The notes: a model not told the origin generated them from the sequence alone. Counted from the stretch's first letter, positions 31,011-42,371 are shown. The stretch is 64,000 nt of DNA from an uncultured Verrucomicrobiae bacterium (GCA_963772365.1 CAVYXA010000003.1:224001-288000), one strand, 5' to 3'. Program-made: numbers and translations.

Positions 31011-31110
31011 CAACCATTCCGGTTGATAGATTGCTACTGAGCGTTGCCTGAGCGATAAAGACTGCCTGCCCGATTAACAGCTTGATCACCGAAGCATAAG
31101 GAGAGGTTCT

Positions 31111-32238
31111 ATGAAACTAAAACGTATTTTGAAATCCATAGTGAAGTGGACCTTCCGCCTGGTTTTGCTGGCTTTGGTCGCCGTGTTCCTATTGGTGTTT
31201 ATCGCCTATTGGCGATCAAGCAATGAGTGTGGCCACACTCCGACGCCAGCCAATCCGATGAAAGCGATTGTTTATTGCGACTACGGTTCGCCCGATGTTC
31301 TCAAGCTCGAGAACGTGGAGAAACCGACTCCGAAAGAGAACGAACTGCTGATAAAAGTTCGGGCTGCCTCGGTCAATCCGCTCGATTGGCATTTTCTCCA
31401 GGGAACGCCTTACATCATGCGCTTGCAGGGAGGCCTGCGAAAACCAAAGGACACCCGATTCGGTGTTGATTACGCCGGAACTGTCGAAGCAGTCGGAACG
31501 AACGTCTCTCAATTTAAGCCCGGCGACGATGTATTCGGCGGGCGTAGCGGCGCCTTTGCCGAATACATTTGTGCTCGCGCGGATCGAGGTGTGGCGCTGA
31601 AGCCGGCCAACATAACTTTCGAACAGGCAGCCTGTGTTCCAATCGCAGGAGTTACAGCGTTACAGGGTCTTCGCGATAAAGGACACGTTCACGCAGGCCA
31701 GAAGGTCTTGATCAACGGAGCGTCGGGCGGCGTGGGGACGTTTGCGGTGCAGATCGCAAAAAACCTTGGCGCCGAGGTGACGGGCGTGTGCAGTGGAAGA
31801 AATGTCGATCTTGTGCGCTCACTTGGCGCGGATCACGTGATCGATTACACCAAAGAGGATTTTACCAAGAGTGGCGAACGTTACGATGTGATCCTCGATA
31901 ACGTCGGCACGCAACCGCTTATTAGATTTAGGCGCGCCTTAAAACCGAACGGAATTTGTGTCCTGATCGGAGGCGGCGGGCCAAATGAAGGCCGCTGGAT
32001 CGGACCGATGTCACGCCCGATAAAGGCGATGATGTTATCGCCGTTCATCAGCCAAAAGTTCGTCATGTTCCTGGCAGACATAAATCACAAGGACCTCGCA
32101 GTTCTCGGTGATTTGATGCAATCCGGAAAAGTGACGCCGGTCATCGACAGGACCTACAAACTAAGCGAAGTCCCGGAAGCAATCCGGTATCTGGAAAAAG
32201 GCCACGCTCGCGGAAAAGTAATCATCACGATCGATTAG
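31111..32238 (+). CDS. NAD(P)-dependent MDR-family oxidoreductase with N-terminal membrane anchor
   Basis: YGSPDVL, ASVNPLD, LINGASGGVG, GADHVIDY, GHARGKV. Confidence 0.9.
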   Translation: MKLKRILKSIVKWTFRLVLLALVAVFLLVFIAYWRSSNECGHTPTPANPMKAIVYCDYGSPDVLKLENVEKPTPKENELLIKVRAASVNPLDWHFLQGTPYIMRLQGGLRKPKDTRFGVDYAGTVEAVGTNVSQFKPGDDVFGGRSGAFAEYICARADRGVALKPANITFEQAACVPIAGVTALQGLRDKGHVHAGQKVLINGASGGVGTFAVQIAKNLGAEVTGVCSGRNVDLVRSLGADHVIDYTKEDFTKSGERYDVILDNVGTQPLIRFRRALKPNGICVLIGGGGPNEGRWIGPMSRPIKAMMLSPFISQKFVMFLADINHKDLAVLGDLMQSGKVTPVIDRTYKLSEVPEAIRYLEKGHARGKVIITID

Positions 32239-32256
32239 CTGAACCGACATTGGCCC

Positions 32257-33579
32257 ATGAAACATATTCTGGGTTCCATTCGTGCCTCCCTTGTCGATGT
32301 TCGCCCGAACGAGGTGCGCGCTCTTTTGGTTGCGGGTTTGTTTAATTTTGTCATTCTCGGCAGCTACTACGTCGTCCGGCCGATCCGCGATGACATCGGC
32401 GCGGCCGGCAAGATCGAGACTTTGCCGTGGCTCTACACCGGCACAATGGTCACGATGCTCGTCGCCAACGCGCTGTTCTCCGCCATCGTCGCGCGGATGC
32501 CGCGCCGCCGGTTTCTCCCGATCGCATACCGTTTCTTCAGCCTTAACTTAATTCTCTTTTACGTTTTGATGCGCACCCTCAGTCCGGCGCAAAACATCTG
32601 GGTGGGGCGCGCCTTCTTCGTCTGGGTGAGTGTGTTCAATCTCTTTGTTGTGACGCTCTTTTGGGCGTTCATGACCGACATGTTCAACAGCGAACAGGCC
32701 AAAAGGCTTTTCGCCTTCATTGCCGCCGGCGGATCTTTAGGGGCTATTGCGGGGCCGATTGTCACGGCATCGCTCGTCAGACAACTGGGCGCGGCGAATC
32801 TGATTTTGGTCACCGCAGCTCTGCTCGAAATTCCACCGTGGTGCGTGAAGTTCTTTCCCGCGTTAGATCGTTCAGGCCGAAGCGCCCCGGCTTCACGTGA
32901 TTCAAAGAGTTTGCGGACGCACGATGGCACCGGCGCGGAACGACCGATCGGAGGCGGTATCATTGAAGCGGTCACGCATATTTTCCGTTCACCTTATTTG
33001 CTAGGCATCTGCGGTTTCATGCTCCTGTATTCCGTCACTTCGACGCTAGTCTATTTCCAGCAGGCGGATATTACCGGCCATCGATTTCACGACCGGGCGG
33101 CACGGACAGCTTTCTTTGCTCAGTTGGATCTGGCGGTCAACATCCTTACCCTCCTCGGGCAACTCTTTATCACTGGGCGGCTCCTAAAATGGGTGGGCGT
33201 GGGAATCACCCTGGCGTTTCTTCCCGTGCTGAACACGTTTGGTTTTCTCGGAATGGGTTTTGTGCCGGTGCTCGGTTTTCTGGCAGTATTCCAAGTCCTG
33301 CGCCGGGCGGGCAACTTTGCCATCACTCGTCCCGCTCGCGAGGTGCTTTTCACGGTCCTGACGCGCGAAGACAAATACAAATCCAAAAGTTTCATCGACA
33401 CATTTGTTTATCGGACTGGCGACCAGATCGGGGCGTGGTCGTATCCGGTCCTGATGTGGATGGGATTGGGACTCACCGGGATTTCGTTTGTGGCTGCCCC
33501 GCTCGCGGCAGCGTGGTGCGGGTTGAGCCTATGGTTAGGCCATCGCCAGGCAGCTATGGCAAAGGCGCGGGCGACGTAG
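32257..33579 (+). CDS. NTP/NDP exchange (TLC/Npt-like) MFS transporter
   Basis: YYVVRPIRD, FWAFMTDMF...AKRLF, RPAREVLF, KYKSKSFIDTFVYRTGD. Confidence 0.82.
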   Translation: MKHILGSIRASLVDVRPNEVRALLVAGLFNFVILGSYYVVRPIRDDIGAAGKIETLPWLYTGTMVTMLVANALFSAIVARMPRRRFLPIAYRFFSLNLILFYVLMRTLSPAQNIWVGRAFFVWVSVFNLFVVTLFWAFMTDMFNSEQAKRLFAFIAAGGSLGAIAGPIVTASLVRQLGAANLILVTAALLEIPPWCVKFFPALDRSGRSAPASRDSKSLRTHDGTGAERPIGGGIIEAVTHIFRSPYLLGICGFMLLYSVTSTLVYFQQADITGHRFHDRAARTAFFAQLDLAVNILTLLGQLFITGRLLKWVGVGITLAFLPVLNTFGFLGMGFVPVLGFLAVFQVLRRAGNFAITRPAREVLFTVLTREDKYKSKSFIDTFVYRTGDQIGAWSYPVLMWMGLGLTGISFVAAPLAAAWCGLSLWLGHRQAAMAKARAT

Positions 33580-33611
33580 AAGGCGGCAATTGGAGGCAGC
33601 GGCCGTAGCGA

Positions 33612-34349
33612 TTAAAGCAACTGTTCCAGGTGGGACCGAGAAACATTTCCCGCAATAAAATAGATTTTACCCTTGCGACGCCACGCGGCCGTTGTGACCC
33701 CGTTCCTGAATCCGAACCGTGGAGCGGCACTTAGCGAAACTCCCGGCAAATCGGATTTATTTGCCACAAATACGTCAACGTGGTTATCGCCGAATATCAG
33801 GCATAGCAACGTGACCCGGTGTCCATGCCACTTCAAAACCTTGCATCCAATGATTTCCTTGTCGGCCAGACCCGCCGGCAGCACAAAATTCTGATCGCCG
33901 CCGTTTTCGAGCAGCCATTGTTTGAGTTGGCTGGTATCCATGTCCCACACATCGAGATGGTGCGTTTCATCCAGAGATGCCTCAACCATTGCCTTACGAA
34001 ATGACGCGAACTCGGTCTCAGCGCTCCGGCGCGGCAAAAAGAAACTGGCCACAGCAATCAACAATGCGATTAACGCGGCGGCGGCGATCCAGCCCGGTTT
34101 GCGCCACCAAGGTCGCGGATGAATTACTTTGCGAGCCAATAGCAGCTGAGCCCTTAAATTCGGCGGCGCCGGGACGCTATGAATTTTCTCGGCGATTGCG
34201 GCATCCAGCTCCTGTTCGCGGGCGAACCAGCTGGCCAGTTCAGGATCATTCCCAATCAAGGCGAAAGCTTCTTCGAACTGAGGGTCATGTGCGTCCTCTC
34301 CGGTGGGACGGTAGGCTTGGAGGATAAACTGAGCTTCTTCTCTGGTCAT
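33612..34349 (-). CDS. Putative transmembrane anti-sigma factor
   Basis: Directly downstream of the ECF sigma gene; N-terminal cytoplasmic domain, one TM helix, periplasmic domain with GC...LLC. Confidence 0.7.
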   Translation of the reverse strand: MTREEAQFILQAYRPTGEDAHDPQFEEAFALIGNDPELASWFAREQELDAAIAEKIHSVPAPPNLRAQLLLARKVIHPRPWWRKPGWIAAAALIALLIAVASFFLPRRSAETEFASFRKAMVEASLDETHHLDVWDMDTSQLKQWLLENGGDQNFVLPAGLADKEIIGCKVLKWHGHRVTLLCLIFGDNHVDVFVANKSDLPGVSLSAAPRFGFRNGVTTAAWRRKGKIYFIAGNVSRSHLEQLL

Positions 34350-34350
34350 A

Positions 34351-34899
34351 CTACTTCGATTGGGATTGGGGGAGATTTATCACGACACATTTCGACTGAG
34401 TCTGCTGCCCGGCGCGGGCCGCGAGGTGATCGCGAAGGACGCACTTGCTTCGCGAGAGCCGGGACATGACCGTGCCGATTGGAACATCGAGGATATCAGC
34501 AATCTCTCGATAGGAAAGGCTTTGCAGATAAAACAGCACTAACGGTACCCGGTAGTGCTCGTCGATCTCGAGCAGCGCCTCCATTACAAGAATGCCGTCC
34601 ATCTTATTGACCATTTTCGGAGTGAGGGCTGGCAGCTCATGTTCGACGGAGGAAATCGTCAGGTGCGGAAATCGAGCGCTGCGGTGTTTCTGCCTGATGA
34701 ATACTCGATATAGCGTGGTGAAGAGCCAGGCTTTGATTTTTGTCGAATCGCGAAGCTTTCCCTCATTAGAGAGTAACCGGTAGTAGGCCTCCTGGGTCAA
34801 TTCACAAGCATCATCTGTATTGCCCGCCAGGCTATATGCGAACCGATAAAGATCGTGTTCATACTGTGCCACGATGTTTTCGTAGTCCGATTCGTCCAC
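34351..34899 (-). CDS. ECF-family RNA polymerase sigma factor
   Basis: LYRFAYSL...DACELTQE, KAWLF, LSYREIADILDVPIGTVMSRLSR. Confidence 0.93.
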   Translation of the reverse strand: MDESDYENIVAQYEHDLYRFAYSLAGNTDDACELTQEAYYRLLSNEGKLRDSTKIKAWLFTTLYRVFIRQKHRSARFPHLTISSVEHELPALTPKMVNKMDGILVMEALLEIDEHYRVPLVLFYLQSLSYREIADILDVPIGTVMSRLSRSKCVLRDHLAARAGQQTQSKCVVINLPQSQSK

Positions 34900-35015
34900 G
34901 GAAGTAAAATGGTGATTCGCGTCTTCTGTTCAATAAGGATCTGCCAAACGCCCCCGTGCTGCCGGCCCCCGGAATCCCGGATAGCCGGCTTGCACGACGG
35001 CGCGGTCGATGATTT

Positions 35016-36132
35016 TCATCGCGCCGACAACCCGCTTGCTCCGGAAGGTATTCCGGAAACCCCCGGAAGCGGCGAGAGGGAGCCGTCTTCGTTCACACCA
35101 AACGCGCTGATCGTGCCATCTCCCGAATTCAGGCTGTACAAAAAAGCGACTGTTCAGGCTGAGTGCCAGATCGATCGGATTGCTGCCGGTAGTGCCGGTG
35201 ACTCCGTCCGGGTCAAGAAGACCCAATGCACCATCGCAAGCGATCCGGTATCCGGATATGGTGCCACTACCGGTATTCGACGCGTAAGCGAAGCGGCTAT
35301 TCCGGGTGATGACGATCCAACAAGCAGCAGTTTCGGTCGTATCCACGCTCGGACTCACGACCGCGAGATTGCCGTCGTCCGCCAGCTCGTACGACGAGAC
35401 CGCGCTTGCATCCATCGCGCCGCCAAAAGCCTCGGACACGATCATTGTCTCGCGGCGGAATGCGAATCCGAATGGCGTTTGGCCGACCGACTTGAATTCC
35501 TGATGATTCTCAATCAAGCCGTCCTCATCTACGGTGTAGGTGTCGATCTCATTTGTGGCTTTCTCTGTGACCGCTAAAACATTTCCATCCGGCAGAAAAT
35601 TGATTTCTGCCGGGTTCGTATTGGCTGCACTCAAAGGTCGGGTGGAACCGGGGATTGGAGTCAAATGGCCATTCGAAAAAAGAAAGCCGGTCACGTTATC
35701 AGCATCGCCCACGGTGCCTCCGGCGTTGAGGACGTAGATCACGTTTTTATGCATGGCCAGGCTGATCGGATTTCTGCCGCCGGAACCTATTTTGTCGGTG
35801 AGCTTCAATCCGAAAGACGTAACCCGCAAAACGGAAATCTCGTCACTGCCGGCGTTGCACGCGAAAAGCCAGCGACCGCTGCTGCTGCGAATGAGTGCGC
35901 CTTGGCTGCCTAATCCCATGCCAGTGCCGCTCCCACCTGTGGCAAACTGGCCAAGGAAAGTGAGACTGCCATCTGCGGCTCGCCTATAGGCCAGCACATG
36001 ATTGCCGGCGGTGGCATTATCCAGGGTGAACAATGCGCCACCAGCGCGTGAAAGCTGCGCCTGGGAAACAGGCAATATGAAAAACAAGGTTAGAGCCAGC
36101 GCTATCCAGTAGATTAACGATTTTGGTTTCAT
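35016..36132 (-). CDS. Secreted lactonase-family seven-bladed beta-propeller (apparent +1 frameshift in the A6 run at 35140-35145)
   Basis: Signal peptide, GGAGG RBS, repeated blades (LFACNAGSDEIS, FAYASNTGSGTIS); removing one T restores the last blade FLYSLNSGDGTISAF...GLSAR*. Confidence 0.82.
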
Positions 36133-36367
36133 AATAGTACCTCCATTAGTTACACGTTGAGTTTTTTAGATTGTGCGAACTGTTGCTCGCCTCCCAAATC
36201 GGGTCGCCTGCGAAGCAAATTCAGCCGCGTTTACAAATATGAGCGTGCATCGACCGGCTTTATTCCCTCCAAATTCGCCCCGCCTGCAGATCTAATTACG
36301 GGCTGGCAGAAAAACGTTTCAGTTTATGTAGATATCGCCGATTGAGGATCGGGAACAAACGCAACTG

Positions 36368-37912
36368 CTACAGCTCATCGAACTCCGCCTCTTCATCGAG
36401 AACACGCGTGGCGTTGTCGAAGATTTGTCGTGCTTCTTCCGGAGAGTTCCCCACGGCGGTTAAACCCAATCGTCCGGCGCTGCCCAATGCACTGAGCATA
36501 TGGAAGACAATCCCTGTTTGTCGCACCTGTCCGAAATGCAGGCCGCGCCTGACTACCAGATCGAACAGATCGTCCGGGGTGTATCCACGATATCGCGGGG
36601 ATTCGACATGATCGCTGGCCACCAGAAATTTCCGGTTGCCATTCGGCGCGGTGAACACCGCCGCTTCCGGGTCGTACGAGCCGCCGGTCAGGAATTGCAA
36701 GGTCAGGAACGGGTGCGTGGTTCCGCCTTTGCGGAGATTGATTTCGATGGCATATCGCTGCCACTCACTCGCGTTTGAATCGCGCGTGACGACAAAGTCG
36801 AGAGCGAAGCGGCCGATTACGCCCTGCTCACGCAAAAGATCCGCCACTTTGGCCGCGTCGCGGGTAATAGCGGTGGCGTAACCGCGATCCGCCGGAAAAA
36901 TGCAACCGATGTAACTTTGCCCGCTCGGCCCGCCCAGCATCTGATCGTGCGTGGACAGCAATTCCACTTTTCCCAGCGGCGTGATCCGCAATTGCACACT
37001 GGGACTGCGCACTTCCGCCGCGTCGACTCCGACGCGTTCCTCGACAATCCCGCCGCGCGCCCGAAATTTTTCCGCATACGTTTCGAAAGTTGTGGCGTGA
37101 TGTTCGAAACGCATCGCGCGAACCCGTTCCTCGACCGTTGCATTCGCTGGCGGCTTAACAAGATCGACAATGGCATTTCCTTCGCCGGAAACGCCTTCGT
37201 TTAGTTTCACTACCGCTTGCGCAATGGAAGGCCGCTTTGCGTGCATTTTTTCCAGGGCCGCCGTCGCTTCTTCGATGGTGCGCAAATTGTCGAACCCAAG
37301 CGGGTGATTAATTTCAGCCTGAGCAAAAAGCTGGCGGCATCCGGTCTTGGTTCCGAAGTGGAGATGTTTCGGATCGGCGCCGTAAAGGGGAATGCCGAGA
37401 CGCAGCGCCAGATTTCTCTCGAGAAAAGTCGCGTTGTAACAGACCAGATGAGCGCGGTCTTTATCTATGATTTCCGCTTCGATCCGTTTCAAGAGACGTG
37501 GCCGCTCCAGAAGTTTCAGGCTGAGCGGGCGCGCCGAATCGTCGTAGGGCGAAAGCAAAGTGAGCCGGCGCATGGCGTGACTTGGGATCACGCCGGGCAG
37601 AAGGTCGAGATAGTATTCGATCACGCTGGGGTGAATCGCCTGCGATGTGACATAGATCATTCGCGCCCGCGGTTGACTTAGAAGCAAGAGCAGAAAAAGA
37701 AAACGCTCTTCGTATCCCTGAAGCTCGAAACCGATCGCCGACAGATCCACCGTGATCGAAGGCACAACCACGATCGTTTGTTCGTCATTATTGAACGACT
37801 CAATCGACCGCCATAGCGGTACCAATTTTTTCTGAAGCAAATCGAATTGGTGGGAGACTTCCATTGCCGAAAGATTCGGCGGAAGTCCGATCAGACTGGG
37901 ATCGCTTGTCAT
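36368..37912 (-). CDS. PGM1-related ATP-grasp peptide-ligase-like protein
   Basis: VVVPS, YEERFLFLL, KLNEGVSGEGN, SPSVQ, LSTHDQMLGG, EINLRKGGTTHP. Confidence 0.8.
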   Translation of the reverse strand: MTSDPSLIGLPPNLSAMEVSHQFDLLQKKLVPLWRSIESFNNDEQTIVVVPSITVDLSAIGFELQGYEERFLFLLLLLSQPRARMIYVTSQAIHPSVIEYYLDLLPGVIPSHAMRRLTLLSPYDDSARPLSLKLLERPRLLKRIEAEIIDKDRAHLVCYNATFLERNLALRLGIPLYGADPKHLHFGTKTGCRQLFAQAEINHPLGFDNLRTIEEATAALEKMHAKRPSIAQAVVKLNEGVSGEGNAIVDLVKPPANATVEERVRAMRFEHHATTFETYAEKFRARGGIVEERVGVDAAEVRSPSVQLRITPLGKVELLSTHDQMLGGPSGQSYIGCIFPADRGYATAITRDAAKVADLLREQGVIGRFALDFVVTRDSNASEWQRYAIEINLRKGGTTHPFLTLQFLTGGSYDPEAAVFTAPNGNRKFLVASDHVESPRYRGYTPDDLFDLVVRRGLHFGQVRQTGIVFHMLSALGSAGRLGLTAVGNSPEEARQIFDNATRVLDEEAEFDEL

Positions 37913-38017
37913 ACTGCGATATTTTGGGAACCAGGATTCTGAAAGACGAGCAGTGATTAGAGCGAGCAGAATTTTGCGTAAGAAACTGACAAATCGCCCT
38001 GCTCTTTTCGTAAAAGT

Positions 38018-38932
38018 TCAAGGATGCGATGATTCAGTAGGCGCCGGTGAAGGGTTCTTTTGTCCAGCGTGCTGCGTGTTCTCCAATCCAGGAAGGTTCT
38101 TCTGTAAGTCCTCAATGAGCCTTTTCTGGATTGCACTCTTGATCGTGTCGGACAGCGAAGGAGACGCAGTGGGGGTTGGTTGCGGTGTCGATGTCACTGT
38201 GGGTTTTTCGAGCGTGCGCATGATTGCGGGAGTGAAAATCACGGCCACAATGGCAAGCGCGATGAGCAGCACGACAAGAACGAAGATCGCTCGGACGAGA
38301 GGAGAGAGCCCTTTGCGCGCCTCGCCTTTGGATTCGGGAGTGCGGCCGCGCACCTTCCCCATTCGTTTCGGCGGCGCGGGATTCCCAATTGCGTCCGCAT
38401 ACAGATTGACTAACGAAACGATCGTTCCGTGTTTCACTTCCACGTCGCCCAATTCGTGAAGATACGGCTGCCAGCGACGTTGCTGTGCCAGATCGTCCGC
38501 CACGCGTTTGCTGACGAGAATATGACCGGCGTCTCCGCAATCCATCACTCGCTGCGCGATATTGATCCCTACGCCGGCGATATTTTCGCGTCCGGTTGCA
38601 TCCTTCACTTGATGGACCGGTCCGCTGTGGATTCCCATTCTAACTGGCAGACTTGGCTGCGCGCGCAAAGCGCGGCTGATCTCCAGAGCGCATTCGGCGG
38701 GATCCTCCACCGACCCGGTGAAAACCAGGGCGAGACCGTCGCCGGTCGGCAAGACGGTAAGTTGTCGTGCAACCTCGGCCTCCCGCACTGTGTTGCTGTT
38801 GCGGACAGTGTGGTTCAACTCTTGAAGCGCTTCTGATTGTTCGTTGGTCAGCAGCTTGGAATAGCCGACGATGTCCATGAAAAGCACGTGCGCGATCTCC
38901 AAACGTGGCTTGGCCCTTTCCTCTTCTGCCAT
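38018..38932 (-). CDS. Adenylate/guanylate cyclase domain protein with C-terminal TM helix
   Basis: HVLFMDIVGYS, PTGDG, RMGIHSGPV, GINIAQRVMD, VKHG. Confidence 0.9.
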   Translation of the reverse strand: MAEEERAKPRLEIAHVLFMDIVGYSKLLTNEQSEALQELNHTVRNSNTVREAEVARQLTVLPTGDGLALVFTGSVEDPAECALEISRALRAQPSLPVRMGIHSGPVHQVKDATGRENIAGVGINIAQRVMDCGDAGHILVSKRVADDLAQQRRWQPYLHELGDVEVKHGTIVSLVNLYADAIGNPAPPKRMGKVRGRTPESKGEARKGLSPLVRAIFVLVVLLIALAIVAVIFTPAIMRTLEKPTVTSTPQPTPTASPSLSDTIKSAIQKRLIEDLQKNLPGLENTQHAGQKNPSPAPTESSHP

Positions 38933-39027
38933 AACGTTTTGACTTTAGGCCTTCGCGCCCTCAAGACCTACAACATTCTTTTGCAATGCCGGTCCAGCTC
39001 GAACAAATGGAAACGCCGCGGTTTATT

Positions 39028-39894
39028 TCAGCTGACCGGTTTCGATTCGCGTCCAAAAAGACAGACGGCGGACCAGGGACGCTTGGCCTGGAACTCGCGC
39101 GACGAGATTCGCGCAATCAGGCGAAGAACAAATGACAGCCGATTCAATTTGGCCGCGGTCTGGAGGATGGAATGAACTTGCTCGACTTTCCACCCCCATC
39201 GGCGAAAGAATTCAGGTCCTTGCTCTGGAGCAAACTTCAAGGGAATCCCAGCTTGATCGAGCGGCGCGGCCATTTTCTTCGCCAGCATCCGCAGGAGTGC
39301 GGGAGAAGCCAGATCGATCACCCAATGCTGAAAAGCGGCTGGCGCCGTGAGATCGTCGGCGAGGTCGGCCACTTGTTCTTCTGTCAGGTAAACCAGCAAT
39401 CCTTCTGAAACCACCAGCGCGCGTTTAGCGCGGCCGCCGAGTTTAGAGAATAGATCGCGGCGGGCATTCACATCCGACAGGTCTAGCCGGACGCGCTCAA
39501 GCGCGCAGACCGGCTTTTCACTGCGAAGCACCGCTTCCTTGTGTGCGAGAATTTCGGGCAAATCGATCTCGACCCATTGCAACGATGGTGGCAGTTCCAT
39601 GCGGTAGGGTCGAGCGTCGAGGCCGGCGGCGAGGTTCACGACCATATCTGCACCTTGTCGGACTCGTTCATAAACGATCTGATCGAAAAGCCATGTCCGC
39701 GCTACAAATGGCCAGGAGTTTTTCTCCGCAAAGGGGATGGATCTTGCAATGTTTTCTCCACGCTCGCCGGCCAATACTCGAGCAAAACGATCATAAAACA
39801 CAGCGTCAGGCCGGTCCGTCTCGCGCGCTCGATAGACCGCGACCCAGCGTGCCGTATCGGAGATGCCATGAATCTTCGAGTCAGGTTGATTCAC
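39028..39894 (-). CDS. Class I SAM-dependent methyltransferase (LCM/TcmP-like)
   Basis: TARWVAVYRA, VVNLAAGLDARPYR, EIDLP, SEGLLVYL; AAGGAGG before GTG 39894. Confidence 0.88.
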   Translation of the reverse strand: MNQPDSKIHGISDTARWVAVYRARETDRPDAVFYDRFARVLAGERGENIARSIPFAEKNSWPFVARTWLFDQIVYERVRQGADMVVNLAAGLDARPYRMELPPSLQWVEIDLPEILAHKEAVLRSEKPVCALERVRLDLSDVNARRDLFSKLGGRAKRALVVSEGLLVYLTEEQVADLADDLTAPAAFQHWVIDLASPALLRMLAKKMAAPLDQAGIPLKFAPEQGPEFFRRWGWKVEQVHSILQTAAKLNRLSFVLRLIARISSREFQAKRPWSAVCLFGRESKPVS

Positions 39895-40012
39895 ATTTCC
39901 TCCTTTGTTCGTTGAGACAATCTTAGCTACACCTTTGACGAAAGCGCAATTTGCCTGCTCGCGAATTGCAAGAAACGGCGCTGGAAGCTGCAAATTTCCC
40001 GACGACGGCAGA

Positions 40013-42371
40013 CTAGGGCAGGTTCAGCTTGATTAGCGCAATGTCGCTGGAGTTAATGGCGCCGTTGGCATTCACATCCGAGCGGAAGGTCGATGCGTTA
40101 ACCCCTGTTGGAACTCGGGCCTTGGTTTGAGCAACGTCGCTCGAGTTAACATTCCCGTCCCCGGTCGTGTCGCCCACGATCTTGCGCATCGGAATCGTCA
40201 CGTCGACTGCCGGTGCATCGGCGGCCGAGTTCACTCCGTTGAGCTGCACGGTGATGGTCTGGTCATCGGCAATGTTGGTCAGCGGAATTGTTACAGTTGT
40301 TCCGTTCACATTGACGTTATTTCCACTCATGCACGCGCCGCCACTTCCCACACAACCCGTGCCCGATGTCACTTGGGCCTGGGGGTTGCCTGTCACCGTC
40401 ACATTGCCAGTGAAGGTGATCACCATTGTGTAATCGTCCGTGGCCCCTCCGGTTCGACATTCGATTCCCGGATTGCCGGTAAGCGGTAGATCGAGATCGA
40501 AAGTACCCGCCGCGCCGTGGATCTTTCGCGAGACGGCGCTTTGGAGCGTTGGTGTTCCAGTCACATCCAGGAACGCCGCACTGATCGGTCCCCAAGTCTG
40601 AAAACCCTGGAAGTCGCTCACGCCGCGTCCGCGTACCAAGATAACGTGGCGGCCTACCGACAGGCTGGCAGTGTTTATGGTTGCGTTGATGGCTACGGTT
40701 GGCGAATTGAACGTACCGTTCATCGGGATCGCGGTGCCACCAGCCCAGGGAGGCGTGTCAATGTAATATTCTGCCGCGCCGACATTCTGGCTGAACGCGT
40801 TGTTCGACCAGGCGAAGTTGATGCTGGCGGTTAGCTGTGATGGCACGCCTTGCGGCACTGATGCCGGGTTGGTGACAACGGTGTTGGCATCTGGTCCGTG
40901 CGAAGTCAGATAGGGCGTGCGCGCTATCTTCGCCAGGTAGAGGAGCATTCCGCGATTCTCAGGCCAAAGACCCTGCGACGAGCCGCAACCTGGATTATCT
41001 ATGCACGAGTAGGGGACGAGGAAGTCCTGGCCGCCCAATTCGGTGGAGTAGGCCGCCATGCCCAGCTCACCGTACGCCCAGTCAATCGAGCCTCCATCGA
41101 CCGTATACAACTCTTCGATGATCGAGCCATAGGGGTAACCGTTACCCCCCGCATTCCCGGCGGCCATGTGCGCGGCGATGTTGCGCGTCTCAGCGTAGTT
41201 AGGGATCTGCGTGCTAGTCCAGCCCCACGTAAAGAGATTGACTCGCGCATTTGTGTGGATGTTTTGGTAAACGCCTGTGGCAGTGATAGGCGCCGGGTCG
41301 GTGTCGCTAGGGCCGCGCTGATCGGGCACGAGGGTGCGGATCATGTTGACGATCGCCATGTCCTCCGGGTCCGATCCCGCCGACGTGCCTCGATAGGTCT
41401 GGTCGCACACATTGCCGCTCGAGCCGTTGCAGCAGCCCCAGTGGAAGGGGAAGTTGCGGTTGTTGTCTACGCCGAAGTGGTTAGATGCTGTGGGAGGCCA
41501 GGAGCACCCGCTGCCTCCGATGTTGTCACCGTTCTTGCGGAAGTAGTACGGGCTGTTGCCGCCGCCTCCCGCCTCGACGATGTGGTGGCCGTCCGGGTTA
41601 ACTTCGGGCATCAGCCAGATGTCGTGATAGTCCACGAGCCAGCGAACGTCCGCATTGGTATCGTAGTTATTGAGCAGGTAGTCGATTATGCGCATGACGA
41701 CTTCTGGCGTAGCGATCTCGCGGGCGTGTATATCGCCGTCCACCCACAAGACCGGTTTCGGGCCCGGTATGTTGCGGTTCGTGATGTGTAACACGAACAA
41801 GTCGTAGCCGTTCCAGGGACTGGGTAGCACACACGCGCCTGGATGCGATTTGCACCAGGAATCGCCGATATCGATCTTCTCGACCAGATTCGGGAACTGG
41901 GCCACCTTCTGGTCGAGGAAGGCGTATATTTCTTCCACCGTTTTGTACCCGCCGTAAAAAGTGAAGGGAAGGATTTGAGGGTAGCTGAGGTTGCGACTGC
42001 GGTTCTCATCTATCTCCACACGGAGGCCGCGAGCCGTCAGACCATAGTAGAGGTCGCGATCGCGGATTACGGTGAGATAGCCTCCGGTCGTGAGCGCTTC
42101 TTCGGGGTTGAGTTCTTCGGCCAGCTGGTCGCGCTCGGCGCGGTCGCGGAAGTAGATGCGCATTACCAGCGTGTCGTACCTTCTCGGCTATGGGATTCTT
42201 GCTGATTGAAGCGTCGGGACTCCCCGCAACAGGGACGGCGGCAAAGGCGTAGCCGCCCGGGTAGAGGGAAAAAGCAAGCAGTGACACGACGACGCCGATC
42301 GCGCAAAAGGTAAGACTGATAATGACGCGGGGAGTGAAGAAGCCAGATTTAGAGGCGGGCTCTTTTTTCAT
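40013..42371 (-). CDS. Secreted M14 zinc carboxypeptidase with SRKxHG/dockerin-like C-terminus (apparent +1 frameshift near 42179)
   Basis: HAREI, NPDG, GVDNNRNF, NIHT, GSIDWAY, TELG; the signal peptide lies in ORF 42006..42371 and joins 40013..42163 if one G is removed. Confidence 0.85.
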
